Assembly: GCF_036971445.1 (NCBI RefSeq)
Contig: NC_091473.1
Coordinates: 57,598,001 to 57,662,000, forward strand
Direction: 5' to 3'
DNA length: 64,000 nucleotides
DNA from: Narcine bancroftii
Taxonomy: Eukaryota
Below, piece after piece: positions 35,231 to 48,125 of the stretch. Position 1 is the stretch's first letter, and the number at the start of each line of letters is the position of its first letter. The position numbers and the translations under genes were made by a program. The notes under the pieces were generated by a model. The model saw only the letters and a program-made list of their open reading frames with translations. It was not told the DNA's origin and did not search any database.

Positions 35231-36410
35231 TTCTTTGCTCAGTAATTTGTCAGAGAATCCCTCCTTTAAAGACTGCATTTTTTTTTGCTCTTCCTCTCCC
35301 TCTTAGGATTGCTTGGTCTTTTTGTTGCAGGAACTTCAAAGGTTTCATTAATTTCAGTTACTTTTATGTTGTGTGCTGATGAAGTTGAAGGTGCATTCCA
35401 TTCTCTGCTTGGCATGTTCAGGTGCCTCACCACATTTTCTGGTTTGGTTTTCGGTGGTTGAAATGAGTTCATTGAACAGGGAAACGTCGATAGGTTTGTG
35501 TAGGGTAGGCATGGAGCCATTAATGGCATTTTGCTTATAGTGGAAAGAGTTTCTTGTGAAGTCTTGCACAAATTCACACAGTCTGGATAACAATGTTGCC
35601 CTGGAAGTTGTTTTGGAGGAGATTGAGGATCAGTGTAGTATGGGTTCATGCCGGTGATGGTAATGACCTGATGGGCATTAGTTAGGTCATTAGAAGCTCT
35701 TTTTTGGCAGAATTGGGTTATAAAGTGCTGTCTAAGGTATTCCATTCACATATCTGTGAAGAATAGTAAGCTATATCCCATTATTGATTGGATTGATGGT
35801 TACCCTGGACCAAAGTGCTGACAAGTTGTGGAGACCTTCCCTTTTCCATCCCCATTCTTAACAGCCATCATCAGTATGAATGCAAAAGTGCAAAAATATA
35901 GATATTCAACCTTGTGCTTGGATAGTTTATTAAGGACTTGTACATTTTGTTAATGCAATAATGGCCTCTTTCATTGCATGGAGTGTAATTGGAGTATATA
36001 TAACATAGGTAATATTTTCATAGGAATACATGAGTGCATCTAGAAACCATTTATCACAAAGACCATTGAGTTTGGATGTGGCTGATATAAAGTAGTTAGA
36101 TACTTGTCCTTTCTGCCCGAGGGTGCCAGATGATAATTTCAGTTCATCAAAAAGCAGGTGACTTCCAGACTGTGGCTGAGCATAGGGACATCCAAATGCT
36201 TCCTAAAATTCTATGTAGGACATGTAAGCTTCTTCTCCAGTTTTGATGTGATACGGGCACTTTGAACCACTTTCAGTAAGGTGCAGCCAGTAGAAGGGCT
36301 TCACCAGAGCTCCTCAAGGAGTAGTATGTTTCTCATAAGTAAAAGCCATGATGGCTGGTTCGTCTTTTTATACTCATGCAGGAGATGCAATTATATAACT
36401 TTAATCGTTA

Positions 36411-36495
36411 AGATGGTGTATACATGTAGGTGGTATGGTGTAGATGGTGTATGCATGGAGGTGGCATGGTGTAGATGGTGTATGCATATAGGTGA
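36411..36495. repeat. 31-bp tandem repeat, ~2.7 copies
   Basis: agatggtgtatRcatgKaggtggYatggtgt starting at 36411, 36442 and 36473. Confidence 0.85.
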
Positions 36496-36744
36496 TATAA
36501 GAATAATCCAAGAAAAATCTGAAATGCAAAAGGCAAACTATTGGGAGTGCAGAATGATTCTATATTGAAATGGAGAAAATATTATTATAAGTCTACTGTA
36601 GATATTCTGTCTAGCTCTGTCATTGAACCATTCTTGCCAGCTGTCCACACAATCCACACTTCTGTCCAATGCAATATGATCTACTATTTTAATATAGTTA
36701 TATCAAAATATTGTACCCCTCAAAATTGTGCTTTTTATGGGTGT

Positions 36745-37295
36745 TATTCTGGCTGGAAGCTTTGACTAGTGATGCTCTGAAGGATCAGTATTGGGACCCC
36801 AGTGTTAGTGATGTATTTAAATTAGAGATGAAAAAGGTGACACAAAATTTGGAGTTGTGGACAGTGTAATTCAGTTACGAATATGGACAGAGAAATTGCA
36901 GATTGATTTCAATCCAGACAATTGAGAAGTGCAGCACTTTGTGAGATAAAATGTAAGGGGAATGTATACAGTTAATGGAAGGGCTCTCAAAAGTACTGAT
37001 GTGCAGAGGGGTCTGAGATTCAGGTCCATAACTCCTTGAGACGGACCACGCAAGTATATTGGGTGGTAAGAAAGAGTATGGTATGATTGCTTTCATTGGA
37101 AGGGGCATTGAGTTTAAACATAAGCAAGTCATGTTACAGGTAAACAAAATTTTGGTCAGGCTGCACTAGAAATAATGTGTGCAGTTTTGGTCACCTCATG
37201 ACAGGAAAGAAATAGAAACTTTGGAAAAGGTACAGAAGAGATTTACGAAGATGTTGCCTGGATTAGAAGTTATGAACTATGGAGAGAGGTTGGAC
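36745..37295 (+). mobile_element. CR1 LINE RT fragment, decayed, cut by an LTR-like insertion
   Basis: ggatcagtattgggaccc (GSVLGP); tgtgtgcagttttggtcacct (CVQFWSP); gtacagaagagatttacgaagatgttgcctgga (VQKRFTKMLPG). Ends abruptly at YGERLD. Confidence 0.85.
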
Positions 37296-37628
37296 TGTGA
37301 TGGATTATGTTATTGTATATAGATATATGTTTTAAAAGAAGATAAATTGAGGCAGGATTTTTAGTGTAGGTCACATTCAAACACTTCAAAACAGATCTCA
37401 TTTAAAATGCCAGAGCTCTGCTCAAGCCAGTCAGTCCAGTCTTTGGGTGCCTTTGCAAAAACTTTGAAGAATGCCTATAAGGACTTCACAGATAGGTGTT
37501 AATTGGACATGTTACGGAGTAATGGATTATTGTTTTGGAAAGAAATAGATGAATGAACTCAGAAGATTGGGTCCGGTGCCACAGTCTGAGTGCAGTTTGC
37601 TGTTCTAAAAGGGTCATGTGGTTTTCTC

Positions 37629-37674
<46 letters not shown>

Positions 37675-38305
37675 GTTCTACAGTTCAGCAGCAGCAGCTG
37701 GGACTGGAACAGGACAAGCTGGCAAACTTGTGGAAAGACCCTATTTTTAAGACCGGTTGTGAGTTCTTAGTTCAGCCTAGTCAAAGCTCTTGTGGTCCAT
37801 ATAAGAGGAGATGGCTGGCTGCATAATGTTACACTTGAAATAAGGGAAACAAAAAGGAATTCTGTGGTGACCTGAAAGAAAGAGGTTATCATCTGGAAAA
37901 CCCTAATGGGGCAAGTTTCTTTGGCAAGACACTGATGTGGCTGATCGAAAGGGATCAGTTGTGAGTGTCCAACGAGGAACAAATCTCTCCCTTTGAAAAC
38001 CGACAAGAACCTTCTTGAGCGGTAACCATTTACCTTTCAAGCACCAAAGCCTGATGAAATTCTAAATGTTAAATTCTGTACACAGTATAAGAAATGTCTG
38101 ACACAGTGAACTTGGAGGAGTGAGAAGTGAGATTTGACTGTAAATCAAAGAACTTTTCTGAACTTGTATACACATTACATACACGTGCACTTAGAATTAG
38201 AAGGGGGTTAAAGTTAATAGTAATAAGTTAAAGTTTGATCCTATTTTCATGTTTAAAGATAATTAAAAGTAACCATTTGTCTTGGTAAATTTCTATTGTT
38301 TTCTT
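37296..38305 (+). mobile_element. Long LTR-like repeat (~1 kb), 3' end missing
   Basis: Begins TGTGATGG exactly where CR1 homology stops; non-coding; internal (GA)n at 37635-37668; attaaa near 38262. No terminal CA or TSD found. The LTR call and strand are inference. Confidence 0.5.
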
Positions 38306-38324
38306 GGTGTGTCAGGGTATACAA

Positions 38325-38460
38325 TTTGTTCCTTGATGAAGGGCTCAAGCCTGAAATGTTGGTTATGTATTTTTACATTTATATATAAAGGACACTGTTT
38401 GACTTGTGTTTCTCCAGAATTGTGTGTTTTTACTTCATCTGCAGAGTCTTCAGATGTTCG
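38325..38460 (+). mobile_element. Penelope-like terminal fragment with hammerhead-like core
   Basis: ttgatga-a-gggc-tcaa-gcct-gaaa-tgtt at 38333-38360, followed by the ttctccag..ttgtgtgttttt terminus. Confidence 0.6.
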
Positions 38461-38789
38461 TTTATTGACATGAGTACAATGGGAACATTCCTTTTTCATG
38501 CAAACTAGCTAGTCAACTGGCGCATAGCTGGCATTAAAAACACAGAACAAAAGTGCAGAATTTGAAGATTATTTAGAACAAAACAAAGGCAACGTTATTC
38601 TACAGGTGAAGTTTAAGGCCCTGATCAAGCCATACTCTGATATTCAATTGTGATTTCACTCATAGTTTTTGGAATCCTCACAGAACCTGGGGATTATAGC
38701 TATTGGGAAGAGAACATGGGAGGTGACCTGAAATCTTTTCAAATTTTGGGAATGGTCATGATTGTGAAGATGTTGGTATGTTTTTAAGA

Positions 38790-40287
38790 TGACAGCAATG
38801 TTCCCATACCTTGATAATGTCACCATCTGCAGGACCACGACGTGAACCTCACAAAGTTCTTACGTACGGCCAAGTCTCTCAACTTGACATACAATAAGGA
38901 CAAGTGCGAGTTCAACACGGACCGCCTGGCCCTTCTTGGATGCATTGTGGCACATGGTGTCATTGCCCCGGACCTCTTATGGAGCTCCCAGTCCCAAACA
39001 CCCTAAAAGTGCTGAGGAGGTGCCTGGGGCTGTTTTCCTATTATGCACAATGGGTGCCCAATTACACTGATAAGGCCCACCCCCTGATTATGTTCACAAA
39101 CTTTCCATTATCGGCGGAAGCCCAAGTTGCATTATATCAGATCCGAGGGGACATCGCAAAGGCCACGATGCATGTCGTGGACGAGTCCCTCCCCTTTCAG
39201 GTGGAGAGCGATGCCTCTGACTTCGCACTGGCCGCCACACTTAACCAGGCAGGCAGGCCAGTAGCATTTTTCTCCTGCACCCTGCACGGGCCCGAGGTAC
39301 GGCACTCCTCAGTCAAGAAGGAGACATAAGTAATTATTGAGCCAATGCACCACTGGCGATATTACCTGGCCGGTAAACGGATTACCCTGCTGACAGACCA
39401 GAGGGTCATAGCCTTCATGTTTAACACTAAACAGCGGGGTAGAATCAAAAATGACAAGATTTTTAGGTGGAGTATTGTGCTCTCCACCTATAATTATGAC
39501 ATTTTGTACCAACCAGATAAACTCAATGAACCCACAGATGCCCTACCCTGGAGAACGTGTGCCAGTGCACATCTCGATCGCCTCCAGGCCATTCATGACA
39601 GTCTGTGCCATCCCAGAGTCATAAGGTTGTACCACTTTATCAAGACTCGGAACCTTCCGTACTCCGTTGAGGATTTCAGATCTGCACTGAATGTAAGCCA
39701 CAGTTCTACCAACCCATCAAGGCACATCCTATTAAGGCCACACACCCTTTTGAACAGCATAGTGTTGATTTCAAGGGCCCCCTACCCACCGCAAATAGGA
39801 ATCCCTATTTCCTGATGGTGATGGACAAGTTCTTCAGGTTCCCCTTTGCTATTCCATGTTCCGGATATGACCTCAGCGACAGTAATCAAGGCGCTGCGCA
39901 GCATCTTCACCCTGTTTGGGTACCCCGATTATATCCACAGTGATTGGGGGTCCTCCTTCATGAGTGAAGAACTGTGACAGTATTCCCTGACCAAAAGGCA
40001 TAGCCACCAGCAGGACCACCAGCAATAATTCCAGGGGTAATGGCCAGAGGAAAAGGGAGAACACCACCGTCTAGAAGGCGGTGCTCCTGGCCATTAGGTC
40101 CAAAAACATGCCAATGTCCCGCTGGCAGGAAGTTTTGCCCAAAGCGCTCCACGCCATCCGATCACTCCTGTGCACCACAACTAACACTACCCCGCAAGAA
40201 TGCTTGTTTGCTTTCCCTAGGTGGTCAATGAATGGTTCCTCCATTCCTCCTTGGTTGGCAACTGCAGGGCCAGTCCTGCCACAGAAG
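38790..40287 (+). mobile_element. pol: Gypsy pol fragment (RT C-terminus, RNase H, integrase), same lineage as 23177-27631, no LTRs
   Basis: FPYLDNVTIC at 38801-38830; ORFs 38904-39329 (ESDASDFALAATLNQAGRPVAFFS), 39345-39815 and 40081-40308 are collinear with the - strand element. Confidence 0.93.
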
Positions 40288-41304
40288 CATAGAAACATAG
40301 AAACATAGAAGATAGGAGCAGGAGTAGGTCATACGACCCTTCGAGCCTGCTCCGCCATTCAACGAGATCATGGCTGATCTTAAAGTTCAATACCCCATCC
40401 CCGCCTTCTCTCCGTAACCTTTAATACCCTTATACTGAAGAAATATATCTAATTCCCTCTTAAATATATTTAATGAACCTGCCTCTACTGCCTTCTGTGG
40501 CAATGAATTCCACAGATTCACCACCCTCTGGGTAAAGAAATTCCTCCTCATCTCGGTCCTAAATGGTTTGCCTATTATCCTCAAACCATGGCCCCGGGTT
40601 CTGGATTTTCCCATCCTTGGAAACATCCCATCTGCATTCATTCTGTCCAGTCCTGCCAGAAGTTTATATGTCTCTATGAGATCCCCTCTCAATCTTCTAA
40701 ACTCCAGTGAGTACAATCCCAATTTGCGCAATCTTTCCTCATAAGTCATTCCTGCCATTCCAGGTATCAGCCTGGTGAATCGCCTCTGCACTCCCTCCAT
40801 TGCAAGAACATCCTTCCTTAGATAAGGTGACCAAAACTGCACACAATACTCCAGGTGGGGTCTCACCAAGGCCCTGTACAGCTGCAGTAAGGTATCCTTG
40901 TTCCTATACTCAAACCCTCTTGATATGAAGGCCAACATACCATTTGCCTTTTTAACCACCTGCTGTACCTGCATACTCGCCTTCAGAGACTGGTGTACAA
41001 GTATCTCTAGGTCTCTCTGCACTTCCCCATCTCTTAATCTATTGCCATTCAAATAGTAATCTGCCCTCCGGTTTGTATTACCAAAGTGGATAACCTCACA
41101 TTTATCCACATTGTAGTGCATTTGCCATGTATCTGCCCAGTCCCTCAATTTATCCAAATCACACTGGAGCTTCCTGACCCCCCTCTTCCGTGCACACAAC
41201 CCCTCCTAGCTTAGTGTCATCTGCAAATTTGGAGATATTACATCCAATCCCCTCATCCAGATCATTAATGTAAATTGTGAACAGCTGGGGTCCCAGTACA
41301 GATC
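40288..41304 (-). mobile_element. CR1 LINE, young, 5'-truncated
   Basis: 270-codon open ORF 40387-41199 (RALVRPHLEYCVQFWSPYLRKD...FFTQRVVNLWNSLP); KFADDT at ~41213-41230; (TTCTATGT)n tail at 40288-40310. Confidence 0.97.
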
Positions 41305-42289
41305 AATAATGCTAGATAATTAGTCACTACTGTATTCAGGAATTTTTTATTCTGCAGATATCTTAAAAAAAATGCATGTATGGTAAATTATATTTGGTAG
41401 AAAGTTGTTCAAAAGACATCAAACCACCATCAGCGAAAAAATCTACCAAAGAGATAATGAGAGATGTAATGCTGAATGTAATCATATGCAGAAGGTGTCT
41501 GATTTCTATTAATCCATCCTGAAGCTACCAAAATAAATGATTTTCCCAGAATTGTCCGCCTTCTCTAATTCCAACCTGATTACAACAGAGGATAGGTGGT
41601 CAGAACCTTTCCTCTCCAATAGGGCCAACAAAATAAAGGCCAATAGTTCAAGGTGTGAGAAGTAAATTGTGGGGGATTTGAATGGCAAGTTTATCAGTGG
41701 TGGATGTTGGAAAAACTCTGCCAAAGGGAATCTAATGCAGCCAATGAATGTTGAAATACATTTAAACATTGACTTTTAAATAGGTCATGTAGCGATGGAT
41801 ACTGCCTTAATGCCAACAGAAGCAATTAGTATCAATAGGCAAAAGAAGTCAGCATGCACATGGTTGGCCATGTGTTACATGCTGTGCCACTCTGACACCA
41901 TTTCCTTGAATCTTTATTAGTTTTAAAGTGAGCAAGATTTGAAGTTATTGGTGGGAGTTGAGAGAAGAATTTAATATGGCCCTTACAGGCATGTGGTGAC
42001 ATCTCCAGAATCTGTCTGATTAGAAATTGGAAATCCTGGGTTTACTTTGAATTACAATAGCCAATTACTATTGCCATTTTTAATACCAACTCTCACAACC
42101 TCTGTTTGCAGAGCATCAGGAGGAGAATTCATAAGCTGAAATGTATAATGTGCCATCCCCAAAAATGACAGTGCAAAATATGAAGCTGGACACAAGACAA
42201 ATGCAGTGCAATTACTTCAACAATTTGTACTAAACTTGGGTGGTAGTAAAGTGATTAGTTTTAAATTAAAATTAACTATGTATCAAATT

Positions 42290-42770
42290 GAAATTTTATG
42301 ATTAGCTTTAGCAGTTTCTAGAAAGTGCATAGCCATTACTTGGAAATCAAATACAGATTTAGGAATGGAGAGATGGCACACAGAATTGTGGTTTTGTATT
42401 CCACTTGAAAAGATAACATAATTTATGTAATAAATATCCTTTTTTTAAAATATGAAGCCCATACTTACAATGTGTTGGTTTGAAAATTTGAAGGACTCTG
42501 AAAACTTGCCACACTGGTAACCCTTAGCTCCAGTATTATGTGTAATCAGATATGTTGTTTTTCTCCTTTTTTTGGCATTCTCCTTACTTTCTTCTTTCTT
42601 TTTTTTCTTATGTAAGGGTGGGTAGGAGGGAAGAATTAGGGCACATCTTTATCTATTTATTTATATACATACATACCACATATGTATTGTGCTTTCAATT
42701 TATTTATTTAATAATTGTAGATGTGGTTTTAAAATACTTAAATAAAATATTTAAAAAAGCAATTTGTATT
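42290..42770 (+). mobile_element. L1-clade LINE 3' end, decayed
   Basis: Translates to ALAVSRKCIAITWKS...WHTEL..CIPLEKIT, homologous to the L1 at 8183-8725; ends aataaaatatttaaaaaa. Confidence 0.75.
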
Positions 42771-43718
42771 TAACATATTCACCACCAAAACACGTACTAT
42801 GATTGGAACTCCAAAAATTCAGGAGTGATGCTCAGAATGTTATCAGCTGAGCTTTAAGAAATACATTTGTGATCCATATTAATGGGAAAAAAATACAATA
42901 TTAGAACACTGACCTACATTGAAGGTGAAAAGGAAAGTTCTGTGTATGCTTACCTATAACCCGGAGATCAGTGATTTGCTCCTTAATTTTAACTTCAGCA
43001 CAGACCAGAAGGGCTGAATGGCCTGTTTTCTGTGTTGTAGTGTTTGATGGTTTTATTTCATTTACAATATGAATTTTGTTCCAATTTGGTGTTCAGTACA
43101 AAACTGTAATAGACAAGTTCTTCCCAAAATGTGAGTCTCTCCTCCTGCTGAGTTGTTTCATTGTTATGGTGTGGCATCTTTGGTTGTCGATACAGTGAAT
43201 GGGAAAATTGGGTTGCATGGCAATGGGTTGTTGTGTGGATGCAACTCTTTTGTACGTATGGTGATAGCATATGCAATGCTTTTGTTAGGTTATTTAAATA
43301 TATTTAGCATTGTCAAAAAATGAAGTGTTTTTAATGCATATTTTAACATTAAAATCATGAATTGTTGCATTGTTTGTGAGTGAGTAATGTTTTTAAAATA
43401 TTACAATTGGCCAGTTTGAAAACATTGATTGCTTGCGTAATTAAAGATCTCACTTCCAAATTCAAAATTTCATTTATTATTTTTCCCAATCTTGGTTTTG
43501 AGATTCTGAAGGCCGTCTCCTTTTGGATTGCTTGGTGAGTTAAGAGATTGAAGAAAAAAAGTTGTGGGTTTAATGAGAAAATTTTCCTTTGAAGAATGTT
43601 GTGATGTACAATTATAAAAGCTAATCTTAGGTTGATTACTAAAACTCCTTGCAGTTTATTCTGCAGCATAGTTCTGTCTGATTATCAAAAGTATTGTAAG
43701 AATTTAATTCAAGGAAAG

Positions 43719-44164
43719 TCTTCTTCTTTGGCTTGGCTTCGCGGACAAAGATTAATGGAGGGGTAATGTCCATGTCAGCTGCAGGCTCGTTTGTGGCTGA
43801 CAAATCCGATGCGGGACAGGCAGGCACGGTTGCAGTGGTTGCAAGGGAAAATTGGTTGGTTGGGGTTGGGTGTTGGGTTTTTCCTCCTTTGTCTTTTGTC
43901 AGTGAGGTGGGCTCTGCGGTCTTCTTCAAAGGAGGTTGCTGCCCGCCGAACTGTGAGGCGCCAAGATGCACGGTTTGAGGCGATATCAGCCCACTGGTGG
44001 TGGTCAATGTGGCAGGCACCAAGAGATTTTTTTAGGCAGTCCTTGTACCTCTTCTTTGGTGCACCTCTGTCTCGGTGGCCAGTGGAGAGCTCGCCATATA
44101 ACACGATCTTGGGAAGGCAATGGTCCTCCATTCTGGAGACATGACCTACCCAGCGCATTGGATC
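43719..44164 (-). mobile_element. RTE (BovB-like) LINE 3' fragment, copy 5
   Basis: ORF 43775-44158 RWVGHVSRMEDH...HKRACS; (GAA)n tail at 43719. Confidence 0.96.
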
Positions 44165-45547
44165 ATAGGATGATACTACTTAGCCAATGTGGTTACTCTT
44201 CAGTTACACCAACGCTTGACTTTGAAGTGCTCTCAGTTAGAGAATCTCTTTGCATTCCCAAAGCCAGGCATCCAATCTATTATTAATATACCACGGAAAC
44301 TAATGAAAGTTTACTTGGAACTCATAAATTTATGAACACATCAATGGGTAGGAAATGTCCACTGGGTTCATTGGAGCTGGTTTGTGCAATAATAGTCTGA
44401 GCTCCATAATGACATGGGTCTTTTTGTTTCCACCACACTATATGGTATATAATTTATCTAGAAGGCAATCAACCTTGGTTAGTGGGGAAGTGTGATTTTT
44501 GACCTTGAGTAATGGAAACCAGTTTAGAAACTCCATTAGTCTGAGTGACATCTGTGAGTCTTCAATCCTTTCCTGCTTGGAAAGTAGTGTGCCAGAATAT
44601 CAAGAGAGATTTTTTTTTGGCTTTAAAAGTATATGTATTCAAAATGTAGAGTTTAATATGATTTCAATCCTGGTTGACTTGACTAAGCCTTTAGGAATTT
44701 CATGCAAAAGCCAAAATACTGCTGGTAGTTACTATTTCATGGACCATCTGGTAAACAGACTGCTAATAACCTGAAATCCTCTCTACTCTGCTGGCTGTGT
44801 CGATGATAAATGACCTAGATAATGGCTCGTTGGTTCCGATATATTGGTTTGGCACCAACTACAAAATACAAAAATCTGTTGCATTATTTGATGTCTTTCA
44901 AATATTATAGGCATTTGCCATAAAGGCCAATAACCCATTCTAAAATGATCTACTTCTCAATATGTAAAATTAGATTTTGCCTTTATCTGAGTTGAGAAGG
45001 GGATCTCTATTGAGATGCAAATTCAAAATTAAACCTGTTAAAAGGAATGTAGATTTATTGCTTTCAAATAGATTTAAACTATTTTTCTCTTCCTTTTTGA
45101 CAAGTAGATTTTTAACTCCATCTGCAAACCACAAGGTTGGCCACTTCAGATCAAATTCCCTTTTTCTTCTCCCTTCACCCTCATCCCCCTACCCACGTGC
45201 CCCCCACTCTTCCAGGCTGGTCTGGATAGATAGTGTCTTCAGCCTTGCAACCAATTCCTCGCTGAATTGCACTCTGTGTGACCATCACTGAAAGTTTAGG
45301 AATAACTCTCCCTGTTCTTCCTGGGATGTTGTGTTATCGTCATCCATACCCCACTAATCCTTATTCCTGTTTTCCTTGACCTTGTGCTTGAAATAATACA
45401 TTGTTCTGATTTGGGTTGTGCTGACCAAATGCTGTGACCTTGACACCAAGTCATCAGTCTCATAAAATATGACACCTATTTCTCTTTTAGATCCCACCAC
45501 CACTTCCCTAATTGTTGAGCTCTAAAACGTAACTGTTTTGTGTGCAT

Positions 45548-47475
45548 ACAACTCTACTTCCTCAGGTGTTTGCAGAGGTTTGGTGTGTTGTTGGAAAACT
45601 TGGCAAATTTCTACAAGTGTGTCGTGTGCTTACCAGCTGCATCAGGGTGTCAGGCCCTGATGTAGTGCATGGAAGGGTTCTGAAAATCTGTGCCATCGAA
45701 CTAGCTGGAGTGTTCAGATATATCTCTGCTCCAGTCAGAGGTTTCCACCTGCTTCAAAAGGGTATCAATCACACAGAGCCCAAGAAGAGCAGAGTGAGCT
45801 GTCTCAATGAATGTTTGCCCAGTAGCACTCACATCTATTTTGATGAAATGCTTTGAGAGGTTGGTCAAGGCCAGAATTAATTCATACCTACTGTAAGTAA
45901 ATATCTGGACCCACTGCAATTGCCCTACCTTCACAAACCTCCACAGCAGATGCAATATCACTGGGTCTCCACTTAGCTCTGGATCATCTTGACAACAGCA
46001 TATATCTGGCTACTCTTCATCATCTCAGCCTTCAACACCATCAATCATTCCCTCAGACCTGGTCAACAAGCTCTTTGACTTCCATATCGGAAGACCACAG
46101 TCAGTACAAATCGGAAACAACCTCTCCTCCTCACTGATAATCAACGCAGGCGCACCTTAAGGTGTGATTAGCCCACTGATCTACTAACTCTACTCTCAAA
46201 ACTGTGTGACCAGGCACAATTCAAATGCCATCTACAAATTTCCTGATGACACCACGGTCGTCAGCAGAATCACAGATGGCAATGAGGAAGGATACAGAAG
46301 GATACAGAAGGCAGTTGTATCAGCTAGTTGAGTGGTGTCACAACAAGCACTCAATGTTAACACAACCAAAGACCTGATTGTGGACTTCATGAGGAAATTG
46401 GGAGAACACAAGCCAGTCATCATCGAGGGGTCACTGGTAGAGAGGATCAAGAACTTCAATTTCCTGGGTGTCAATATCTCTGAAGATCTCTCCTGGGGCC
46501 TCCCAAAGAAGGCATCCTTGAGATGTTTGAGGAGATTTTGTATGTTACCATTATCACTTGAAAATTTCTACGTGTATCATGAGAGCATTCTGTCTGGTTG
46601 CATCACTATCTGGTATGGAGATGCTAATGTACAGGACAGGAAAAAACTACAAAGAGTTGTGAACAGTGCCATTACTGGTATCAATCTTCACTCCATCGAG
46701 GACATCTACAAGAGGCAGTTTAAGAAAGCATCCTCTATCCTCAAGGACTCCTACCACCCAGGCCATGCCCTCGTCCTACTGCTACCATTGGGAAGAAGGT
46801 ACAGGAGCCTAACGATCAGCACCCAGTAGCACAAGGACAGCTTCTTCCCCTCTGTCATCAGATTTCTGAAAGGACAATGCATCGCAGCTGCTCCTCACAT
46901 TCTCTTATTTTCCTGCACTCTTTATATATATTTTTGAAATGTCATTTATAGCAATAACTGCACGGTAATGCTGCCACAACACAATGACAATAAATGTTCA
47001 CGACAATAAAGTCTGATTCTGATTTCGGGACACCCATACCTCTAAACAGAAAGCCCTGCAAGAGGTAATGGACGCAGCCAAGTTCATCACAGACAGAACT
47101 TTACCTACCATTGAGGCCACCCCAGAACAGCATCTGCAGCAGCAGAAGTCATTAAAGCAAGGATCAATGTAACCCAGGTCATGTTCTGTTCTCACTGCTG
47201 CCATCAGGAAAGACATAGAGGCGCAAAAAGACTCCTACCTCCAGGTTCCGGAATGCTACCCCTCAAACATCAGACTCCTAAACAACAGACTCATTCAGAG
47301 ACCTATTTGAAGTCTCTTACTTGATTCATCATTCATTGATTTGCACAACAGTTTTACTTTTTTGTACTTTTTTTCTTGAGTACTGTTTAAATACTAGTAA
47401 TTAGAAATTCTGCATGACCTACAGGAACAACAATCTCAGGGCTGCATGTCATATATCTACTCTGACAATAAATTT
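45548..47475 (+). mobile_element. Rex1/Babar 3' fragment (host), split into 45548-45642 and 47026-47475 by a second Rex1 copy
   Basis: Both pieces are collinear with the - strand copy near 50030-50600 (ctctacttcctcagg.gtttgcagaggtttgg ... gggacacc.atacc). Confidence 0.65.
45643..47025 (+). mobile_element. Rex1/Babar LINE, nested insert
   Basis: SGPDVV.GRVLKICA.ELAGVF; YKFPDDTTV; ORF 46332-46829 (TKDLIVDF...FNFLGVNISEDLSW...ESILSGCITIWYG...HPGH); tail aataaagtctgattctgatt. Confidence 0.9.
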
Positions 47476-48125
47476 CAATTGTGAACAAAGCCAGAATTGC
47501 AGTTACACACACTCGTTTGTCATAGTTGTGTGGTACTAAAATATGTTGCAGCAGATTCTCAATTATCTATCCATGCTCATTCCATGTATCTCCGCTTAAA
47601 ATGCAACTGCCTTTGTCTTGGCAACAAAAGTGCTGTTAAATGGGGTCAGATACTTTTGAAATGTTGAGGGTGCTTTCTTCTACCATACACTTGGCAATCC
47701 CTCACTCAGAGGGTGGTTGGAGTCTGGAACAAAACCCCCTCCTCACTGAAGTCCACATGTTCTACATCAACTACTTGCGGTACTTGTGCACATGGGATTT
47801 AAAATTAAATTGAACATTGTTGTTTCAAATAGAACCTATGTGCCCGTTAATGCTTTGTCCAAAGTACCCTTCTAGGCTTATGTTTTTAAAATGTGTTCTC
47901 CTTGGACTGGAAAAAGTGATTTGCTTCTGTTTTTATCAGTCCAATCTATGTAGACTGTTCAGTGGTTGCTTTCAAATATTTTCCTACTGCTGGCACTTTT
48001 GCTATGCATGTGTTTCTTTTCCAAGTGAATGGCATCTACTCCTGAATGAGGAAGAGGACTTCTTGATTGTTTTCACAATTTCTTCTGGATCATCATTGAC
48101 ACAGAACATTGAGATTGAATGAAAG

